DNA from: an uncultured Bacteroidales bacterium
GTDB taxonomy: Bacteria; Bacteroidota; Bacteroidia; Bacteroidales; WCHB1-69
Direction of reading: 5' to 3'
NCBI GenBank assembly: GCA_946186495.1
Contig: CAMHNQ010000003.1
Coordinates: forward strand, 32,599 to 96,598
Length of the DNA: 64,000 bases
In this document: positions 1 to 6,176 of the stretch, piece after piece
How the letters are laid out: the number at the start of each line of letters is the position of its first letter
Position numbering within the stretch: the first letter of the stretch is position 1
Notes under the pieces: model-generated
What the model was told of the DNA's origin: nothing
The model's database searches: none
What the model saw: the letters and a program-made list of their open reading frames with translations, nothing else
Made by a program: the position numbers and the translations under genes

Positions 1-147
1 ACAATTCTTGACAAAAAGCAAGCATAAGTTACAAAAAGTAATTTTTAAAGAACATTGCAATTTGCACGGGTCTCAGCATCCGAAGTTTTGGTGCATACTG
101 CCTAACAACAGCATACGACTGTGCCACAAAGTTTCACACCCTTTTAT

Positions 148-155
148 TATCTTTG
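148..155 (+). promoter_or_regulatory. -7 box (TATCTTTG) followed only by a 10-codon stub ORF (182-214)
   Basis: TAnnTTTG match 26 nt upstream of ATG at 182. The ORF reads MTNGLIRKYI then TAG. Confidence 0.3.
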
Positions 156-166
156 CGGCGTCGTTT

Positions 167-376
167 TTAAACCCCACAATTATGACCAATGGACTTATTA
201 GAAAGTATATATAGCTGATAGACACGGTGAACCAAGCGGGTTCTACCGGAATCACCTTCAAGGAAATCCAGCGCAAATGTGAACGGAACGACCTGCTCTC
301 CGGTGGCAACGTGGCAGTTGGTGCCATCCTGCTCATACTTCCATTGGACTAAAGTGTCATAGATTTTCCGTTTCAT
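167..376 (-). pseudogene. possible 5' remnant of a fourth COG1373-type AAA+ ATPase gene
   Basis: Starts MKRKIYDTLVQWKYEQDG, an N-terminal pattern I associate with AAA_14/DUF4143 ATPases. The expected Walker A position reads GEQVVPFT and the ORF ends after 69 codons. It lies 30 bp downstream of the intact paralog. Confidence 0.3.
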
Positions 377-406
377 AAATCACGCCCGCCGACGAGGATG
401 CCGGGG

Positions 407-1753
407 TTAAAGTCCCGACAAATCAACGGTATAAACGATATTGTCGGGGATTTCCCTCACCAGGAATGCTGTCATATAGATGGGAAGGTAAAGAATCTTA
501 GCTGATTGACGGACATTTGTGTTGCAGAACACAATGGCTTTGCGAATCTGATATTCCTCGTTGGCCATAACGTTTGTCAAAGCGTTGTGACGTTGATAAT
601 CCTTGCCAGATTTGACTTCTATGGGCATAACTTCCCCGTTTTTTTCAATGACGAAATCCAGTTCGCCCTGTTTTTTGCTGTTGAAGTAGTAAAGGTCGAA
701 CCCGTGTGCGTGAAGTTCTTGGGCCACGGCATTCTCATAGACGGCGCCGAAATTGATGCTTTTCTCGTCTGTCAGCAGTTGAATCTGTATTCCGCCGTCG
801 TATTGGCTGGCCAAAAGTCCGACATCGTTTTGAAACAGCTTGAACAAGTTCCTTGACTGGGACAATCTCAATGGAACAACGGGGGCTTCCACGTTGTAAA
901 CCGGCAATGCGACACCTGCTTCTTTAAGCCATAAGAAACTGTTTTCATAACGGGAAAACTTCAGTTGTTCATTCAATTTTTTCAGGATAAAACGCTTGTT
1001 TTTTGCATTGAGTTCCGAAGGGATAAGATCAAAAATCTCATTGAGATAGAGTTTGTGCGCCGGATCGTATTTTGAAATGTCACGTTTGTAAAGCCTTAGG
1101 ATAGCCTGCTGCTCTGCCCATACGGTTTGGAGATTGTTTGTGTCAATGTAATTTTGCACTACGGCGGGCATGCCGCCCACGATGAGATAAAGACGGAACA
1201 ACTCCATCAGTTTGGAATGGACATAATCGTCAACGGGTTGTCGTGTGTTCCACGCTTTCTTCACCTCCGTCCACACCATCTCGCTGATACCGATGGCGTT
1301 GAAAAATTCCTCAAGGTCAAGCGGAAACATCTCTTTGACATCCATATAGCCAACGGGTTCAGAACGAAGGTCTTTTAGTTCAACGCCTAATAAAGAGCCG
1401 CTCATAATGTAACGATAGCTACCTTCCTCCACCAGAAACTTGACTGCAGTCACCATTTCGGGGCATTCCTGTACTTCGTCGAAGAAAATGAGCGTTTTAC
1501 CTTTGACAAGCGGCTGTTTGGTCAGTGCGGAAATACGCAACAGCAGTTCACGGCTTCCTTTTGCTCCGGAAAGAGCTTTCTTCGCCTCTTCCATCTCAAC
1601 GAAGTTGATTTCCACAAGATTCTCAAAGTGTGTTTTCCCGAAATGGCGGATGGAAAACGACTTTCCGGTTTGTCGTGCGCCTGTGACGAGCAACGCTTTA
1701 TTTGTTGTGGCGTAGTAATTCTCTAAATATTTGTCAATCTTTCTTCCAAGCAT
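407..1753 (-). CDS. AAA+ ATPase with C-terminal PD-(D/E)xK-like domain (COG1373 / AAA_14 + DUF4143 type)
   Basis: ATG at 1753 (MLGRKIDKYLENYY) is preferred over the track start at 1786 because a -7 box sits at 1776-1783. Walker A GARQTGKS, Walker B LIFFDEVQ, C-terminal ELDFVI...IEVKSGK. Confidence 0.85.
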   Translation of the reverse strand: MLGRKIDKYLENYYATTNKALLVTGARQTGKSFSIRHFGKTHFENLVEINFVEMEEAKKALSGAKGSRELLLRISALTKQPLVKGKTLIFFDEVQECPEMVTAVKFLVEEGSYRYIMSGSLLGVELKDLRSEPVGYMDVKEMFPLDLEEFFNAIGISEMVWTEVKKAWNTRQPVDDYVHSKLMELFRLYLIVGGMPAVVQNYIDTNNLQTVWAEQQAILRLYKRDISKYDPAHKLYLNEIFDLIPSELNAKNKRFILKKLNEQLKFSRYENSFLWLKEAGVALPVYNVEAPVVPLRLSQSRNLFKLFQNDVGLLASQYDGGIQIQLLTDEKSINFGAVYENAVAQELHAHGFDLYYFNSKKQGELDFVIEKNGEVMPIEVKSGKDYQRHNALTNVMANEEYQIRKAIVFCNTNVRQSAKILYLPIYMTAFLVREIPDNIVYTVDLSGL

Positions 1754-1759
1754 AGTTTG

Positions 1760-1840
1760 TCCGTTTTTCCAACAGCAAAAATACACTTTTTTTCCGTTTT
1801 TCCAACATGTATTTAATAAAATTTGTCTGTTTTTCTAATA
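1760..1840 (-). repeat. three phased direct repeats with 33-bp period around the promoter of the 407-1753 gene
   Basis: tccgtttttccaaca at 1760-1774 and 1793-1807; a degenerate copy tctgtttttctaata at 1826-1840. Spacing is exactly 33 bp. Confidence 0.6.
1776..1783 (-). promoter_or_regulatory. -7 box TATTTTTG
   Basis: The reverse complement of caaaaata matches the Bacteroidota TAnnTTTG consensus, 22 nt upstream of ATG 1753. Confidence 0.5.
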
Positions 1841-2009
1841 TGTATAATGTAAAACACTGAAGCACAGACGAATAAAGTCACTCCTCGAAGCTCATCAGCC
1901 CGCCGATGATTCTTCAAACTCATTGTCTTTCCGTTGTTCTTCCCTGATGCTCTGGTAGTTGTTGATGATGGAGCAGGTGGGGAGATTGAGGAGAAGGAAT
2001 GGCGGGAAC

Positions 2010-2040
2010 AAAAAAGGGCGCAACCGCACGGCTGCGCCCT
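2010..2040 (-). terminator. rho-independent terminator of the 2071-2658 gene
   Basis: The minus strand reads GGGCGCAGCC-GTGC-GGTTGCGCCC followed by TTTTTTG, about 30 nt after the stop codon. Confidence 0.65.
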
Positions 2041-2070
2041 GATATCGAATTCCCAACAGGGGTTATTGTT

Positions 2071-2658
2071 TCACAACCTTGCGCACGCGGCGAATACATG
2101 CTCGTCGAGAGCCGTCTTGTCTGGGAGCAGAACCTTTCGCAGCTTCTTGCACGAGGCGAACGCCCGGTCTTCAATATGTGTCACGGATTCAGGAATCTGG
2201 TATTGGACAAGTGTGTCGCAATGGTCGAAAGTGGCTTTCGGAACAGCGATCATCTCTGCAACGCGGCGGTCCACACCCTCCAAAAAGTCCAATAATGGTA
2301 TGTTTTGGTCCGCTTTGGCAATCCCTGCCTGCATGTCAATGACGTGAACATCGCCAACGCCTAAAAACTGCTTGTCAGACAAGTCGTACAACGTGGAGTT
2401 GAGTCCGGGAGGAATGATGTAGATGAGGTGACGCCTGATATTGTCGTGATGCGTCTTGCACAACAGGAGACTCGCGACAATCGCTTCGATTTTCAGTTCA
2501 GTGTTTGATGGACAGTGCTTTGCTTCCGGATTCGGGTGCGAAGTCGGCACCATGTTTGATGGCGAGTCCCAGACCAGCAGCCATACATCTATCGGCGGAT
2601 CATAGTCGCCGTCCTCATGACAGTACAGATACTGCTGCACGAAATCCTGGTCTGACAT
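2071..2658 (-). CDS. hypothetical protein with short BspA-type leucine-rich-repeat tail
   Basis: 195-aa ORF. The C-terminus IPESVTHIEDRAFASCKKLRKVLLPDKTALDEHVFAAC fits the BspA/LRR_5 pattern; the N-terminal 150 aa are not recognised. No signal peptide. Followed by a terminator. Confidence 0.5.
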   Translation of the reverse strand: MSDQDFVQQYLYCHEDGDYDPPIDVWLLVWDSPSNMVPTSHPNPEAKHCPSNTELKIEAIVASLLLCKTHHDNIRRHLIYIIPPGLNSTLYDLSDKQFLGVGDVHVIDMQAGIAKADQNIPLLDFLEGVDRRVAEMIAVPKATFDHCDTLVQYQIPESVTHIEDRAFASCKKLRKVLLPDKTALDEHVFAACARL

Positions 2659-2757
2659 TCACTCCGCAGGGCTGTCGTCTGCGAAGTGTAACATGATGTT
2701 TCTTTTGCACTGCTCGACATTGAAGCCGACGGGGATGATGATGGTTTTTGAGGTCAT
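2659..2757 (-). CDS. 32-codon ORF in the same frame as 2071-2658, separated from it only by a TGA
   Basis: ATG 2757, MTSKTIIIPVGFNVEQCKRNIMLHFADDSPAE, TGA at 2659-2661, then ATG at 2658 in the same frame. A -7 box lies at 2779-2786. Confidence 0.3.
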   Translation of the reverse strand: MTSKTIIIPVGFNVEQCKRNIMLHFADDSPAE

Positions 2758-2778
2758 ATTTTTGCTGTTTTTTTGCGG

Positions 2779-2786
2779 CAAAAATA
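2779..2786 (-). promoter_or_regulatory. -7 box TATTTTTG
   Basis: TAnnTTTG match 21 nt upstream of ATG 2757. Confidence 0.45.
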
Positions 2787-2848
2787 ACCATTCGCACCAT
2801 GCGCACGCTGGTTCTATTTTGTTCTAATTCGGGCGGAAGGGAAGCGTG

Positions 2849-2910
2849 GCCAAACTTGTCAGTGAAAACGCGCCAAACTTGCCAGTCACCTCACATGCCC
2901 ACTTGTCATT
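2849..2910. repeat. iteron-like direct repeats GCCAAACTTGYCAGT
   Basis: Copies at 2849-2863 and 2872-2886 (1 mismatch), and a shortened third copy gcccacttgtcatt at 2897-2910. Spacing 23-25 bp. An AT-rich stretch follows at 2940-3050. Confidence 0.5.
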
Positions 2911-2940
2911 TCAGAAAAATGCCGTAAACGGAAAAAATCT
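2908..2940 (+). repeat. 33-bp exact direct repeat, copy 1 (atttcagaaaaatgccgtaaacggaaaaaatct)
   Basis: An identical 33-mer recurs at 3069-3101. Confidence 0.8.
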
Positions 2941-3054
2941 AAAACAAACTTATTTTAATTTCACACTTCTTAATTATAACATTCGATTATAATATGTTGA
3001 TATTCAATTTTTATAAAAATATTTACAGGGCTTAAAACCGATTTCTTATTTTTG

Positions 3055-3062
3055 TATTTTTG
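3055..3062 (+). promoter_or_regulatory. -7 box TATTTTTG (a second overlapping match at 3047-3054)
   Basis: TAnnTTTG match 47 nt upstream of ATG 3110. Confidence 0.5.
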
Positions 3063-3068
3063 CGCATT

Positions 3069-3101
3069 ATTTCAGAAAAATGCCGTAAACGGAAAAAATC
3101 T
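3069..3101 (+). repeat. 33-bp exact direct repeat, copy 2, forming the leader of the 3110 gene
   Basis: Identical to 2908-2940. Lies between the -7 box and the ATG. Confidence 0.8.
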
Positions 3102-3109
3102 TAAATGCC

Positions 3110-4351
3110 ATGTTGTTCAAACGAAAAAGATACCTGGAAAAATTGGTGGCTCACCGGCGCAACCATCTAATCAAAGTGGTGACAGGACTCCGCCGGTCAG
3201 GGAAGTCGTTCCTGCTTTTCAACCTTTTTTACAATCATCTTAAGGAAAACGGAGTGCCCGAGGACCATATTGTCACCGTGGACTTGGAAAACCGCCGAAA
3301 CAAAATGCTTCGCGATCCAGATGCCTTGATGAAATATCTCGATGGACGCACGACGGACAAAGGCATGTATTACATCTTGTTAGACGAAATACAATTGGTG
3401 GAGGAATTTGAAGACGTATTGAACAGCTATTTGAAAATGGACAATGTCGATGTGTATGTAACCGGCAGCAATTCCAAATTTTTGTCACGAGATGTGATGA
3501 CGGAGTTCCGTGGCCGAGGAGACGAAATCCGTATCTATCCGTTGTCGTTGTCGGAAATTGCGGAAGCAATGCCCGACATGAAGTGGGACCGACTTTGGCA
3601 AAACTACCTGAATTACGGCGGCCTGCCGTTGACGGTTCTATTCCCCTCCGACACGGATCGGGAACAGTATCTGAAATTGTTGTTCAAGGAGACGTACCTG
3701 CGCGACATCATCGAGCGTAACCACGTGCAGAACGATGTCGCCTTGGAGATGCTGCTTGACATCATCTCATCATCGGTGGGTTCCCTGACCAATCCGTCAA
3801 AACTGTCACGCACATTCAGCAATTTAGGGCGCACAGAGTTGTCGGAGGCAACCATAAAAAAGTACTTGGACTATTTGGATGATGCTTTTCTGATCAGTCG
3901 TGCTAACCGTTACGATGTGAAAGGAAAGCACTATATCTCAACACCCTCGAAGTATTATTTCACGGATGTCGGACTTCGCAACGCTCGTCTGAACTTTCGG
4001 CAGGTTGAGGAGACGCATATCATGGAAAATGTGATTTACAATGAGCTGCTAATGCGCGGTTACAGTGTGGATGTAGGGGTGGTGGAATGCCGCGAGGGCG
4101 ATGCCCGCAAACAAGTGGAAATAGATTTCGTGGTCAACAAGGGCAGCCAACGGTATTATATACAATCTGCTTATGCGCTGCCCACGGAGGAGAAACGGCA
4201 GCAGGAGTTCCGTCCGTTGCGTGCGATTGGCGATTCGTTCAAGAAGATTGTTGTTGTGAAAGAGGATATCCTCCTGCGCCGCGACGACAGCGGAATTGTC
4301 ACGATGGGGCTCCGGCAGTTCCTGATAGAGGAAGACAGTCTGGAGAAGTGA
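3110..4351 (+). CDS. AAA+ ATPase (COG1373 / DUF4143 type), second paralog
   Basis: Walker A GLRRSGKS, Walker B YILLDEIQ, C-terminal EIDFVV...YYIQSAY. 413 aa. Confidence 0.85.
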   Translation: MLFKRKRYLEKLVAHRRNHLIKVVTGLRRSGKSFLLFNLFYNHLKENGVPEDHIVTVDLENRRNKMLRDPDALMKYLDGRTTDKGMYYILLDEIQLVEEFEDVLNSYLKMDNVDVYVTGSNSKFLSRDVMTEFRGRGDEIRIYPLSLSEIAEAMPDMKWDRLWQNYLNYGGLPLTVLFPSDTDREQYLKLLFKETYLRDIIERNHVQNDVALEMLLDIISSSVGSLTNPSKLSRTFSNLGRTELSEATIKKYLDYLDDAFLISRANRYDVKGKHYISTPSKYYFTDVGLRNARLNFRQVEETHIMENVIYNELLMRGYSVDVGVVECREGDARKQVEIDFVVNKGSQRYYIQSAYALPTEEKRQQEFRPLRAIGDSFKKIVVVKEDILLRRDDSGIVTMGLRQFLIEEDSLEK

Positions 4352-4472
4352 ACACGCTGATTGTGGTCTCATTTTTCCTGTTGAGGTGGTCAATCTTCAT
4401 TTTTTATGCAATTCTGGAATCCGATGGCAAAATTGCATGAAGAATGATACAATACTGTCCAAAAATTATTTA

Positions 4473-4575
4473 TTGAGTCCACCTGAAAAAGTCAAAATTG
4501 ACGATTTTTTTGCTTGTAACACATTGACAATCAAATATTGGTTTTAATGAAAACCACTTTTTCAAGTGGACTCAA
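4473..4575. mobile_element. 103-bp MITE-like element with 20-bp terminal inverted repeats, copy 1
   Basis: TTGAGTCCACCTGAAAAAGT ... ACTTTTTCAAGTGGACTCAA. A second copy at 27469-27571 differs at 1 of 103 positions. Confidence 0.6.
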
Positions 4576-4745
4576 TAGTTCACATTCAACAAATAAAAAT
4601 CGGGGCAAAAGTACAAAATTCATATCTTCGCCGGAAGCGAGACTGTGCAATGATTCGTGACAAGTCATCGTTTTGCGGTCATACCTTTGCTTTTTTTGAT
4701 GCGGCAAAGATAACGCAAGACTGTGCCGATTCGTGGCATTGTGAT

Positions 4746-4770
4746 ATTTTCGGAGTTACATTCCGAAAAT
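4746..4770. promoter_or_regulatory. palindrome ATTTTCGGA-N7-TCCGAAAAT overlapping a 20-bp direct repeat
   Basis: 9-bp perfect arms. GGAGTT(A/G)CATTCCGAAAATT occurs at 4752-4771 and 4784-4803 (32-bp period), just upstream of the -7 box at 4806. Confidence 0.45.
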
Positions 4771-4805
4771 TCATATAAAATATGGAGTTGCATTCCGAAA
4801 ATTTG

Positions 4806-4813
4806 TATTTTTG
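4806..4813 (+). promoter_or_regulatory. -7 box TATTTTTG
   Basis: TAnnTTTG match 17 nt upstream of ATG 4831. Confidence 0.5.
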
Positions 4814-4830
4814 CAGAAAATTTGAAGAAG

Positions 4831-5976
4831 ATGATTAAACGGTTATTGACTCCCAAAGAGCTTTCGGAAGAGAGTACTTTTCTGTTCGGTGCGAGACAAA
4901 CAGGCAAAACCACGCTGTTGTTGGAATTGTTTCCAGACGCGCAATTTTATGACTTGTTGGAAAGCAACACGTTTGAGCGACTGCAGCGAAACCCTTCCCT
5001 GTTGAGGCAGGAGTTGGAAATGTGTGACTCGGACACGCTGGTTATCATCGACGAAGTGCAGTCGCTGCCCATTCTGCTGAACGAGGTGCAATGGCTGATG
5101 GTGCGCAAAGGACTCCGTTTCATTCTGAGCGGGTCAAGTGCGCGGAAGCTCAAACGCGGAGGTGTTAATATGCTCGGAGGCAGGGCGTTGGAAACCAATT
5201 TCTATCCCCTGACAAGCGCGGAGGTTCCAGATTTCGACATTGTAAAGGTGGTCAATCAGGGAATGATTCCACGTCATTATCTCGCCTCATCAGAAAAATA
5301 CTGGCAGATGCTACAAGCCTATGTTGCTGTATATTTGAAAGAGGAAATCAAGGCGGAAGCTTTGGTGCGCAATCTCTCCACGTTCACCCGTTTCTTGGAG
5401 GTTGCAGCCCTGACCAATGGCGAGATGGTCAACTTCAGCAACATCGCGCAGGATTGCGGGGTGGACTCAAAAACCGTGGCGGCATATTTTTCCATTTTGG
5501 AGGAGACCTTGATAGGCTATATGATTCCTGCGTTTTCCAAGACGGTGAAACGCAAGTTGCGGCAGTCGCCGAAATTTTACTATTTTGACGTAGCCATCCC
5601 CAACTATCTGCTGGGCCGTCGCTCGCTGGCACCCGGCTCGGCGGATTTCGGCCACGCTTTCGAGCATTTTGTGATACAGGAAATCGTAGCGTATTTGGGC
5701 TATCACCGCATAAAAGAGGCGTTGTCTTACTGGCACACCTACACGGATTACGAAGTGGATGCGGTGCTGGGAGATGCGGAGGTTGCTATCGAGATAAAAT
5801 CGACGAACGAGGTGCAATCGCGCCATTTGCGCGGGTTGAAGGCATTCAAGGAAGAGCATCCGGAGTGTCGGCTCATTGTGGTGGCATTGGAGGAACGTCC
5901 CCGGCTGGTCAACGGGGTGGAGGTGTGGCCCGTCAAGGCTTTCTTAGAGCAACTGTGGACAGGGAAAGTTTTCTAA
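4831..5976 (+). CDS. AAA+ ATPase (COG1373 / DUF4143 type), third paralog
   Basis: ATG 4831 (MIKRLLTPKEL) is chosen because the -7 box lies inside the longer track ORF. Walker A GARQTGKT, Walker B LVIIDEVQ, C-terminal YEVDAVL...IEIKS. Confidence 0.85.
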   Translation: MIKRLLTPKELSEESTFLFGARQTGKTTLLLELFPDAQFYDLLESNTFERLQRNPSLLRQELEMCDSDTLVIIDEVQSLPILLNEVQWLMVRKGLRFILSGSSARKLKRGGVNMLGGRALETNFYPLTSAEVPDFDIVKVVNQGMIPRHYLASSEKYWQMLQAYVAVYLKEEIKAEALVRNLSTFTRFLEVAALTNGEMVNFSNIAQDCGVDSKTVAAYFSILEETLIGYMIPAFSKTVKRKLRQSPKFYYFDVAIPNYLLGRRSLAPGSADFGHAFEHFVIQEIVAYLGYHRIKEALSYWHTYTDYEVDAVLGDAEVAIEIKSTNEVQSRHLRGLKAFKEEHPECRLIVVALEERPRLVNGVEVWPVKAFLEQLWTGKVF

Positions 5977-6176
5977 GTCGCCACCAAGCCCGGCAGACCT
6001 ACAGCCTGCCAGCTGAAAGTGAATAGTGAGCAGTGAACAGGAGTCTTAACACGACAAGGCGCCCCGTTAGGATTGCAAGGTGTTCTCGTGGTTTTCCGGA
6101 GGGGATTCCGCTCGCTCACCGATGCGCACACTGGCGAATTGGAGAGTTTGACTTGGTGTCCGGAATTTGGAGAACA

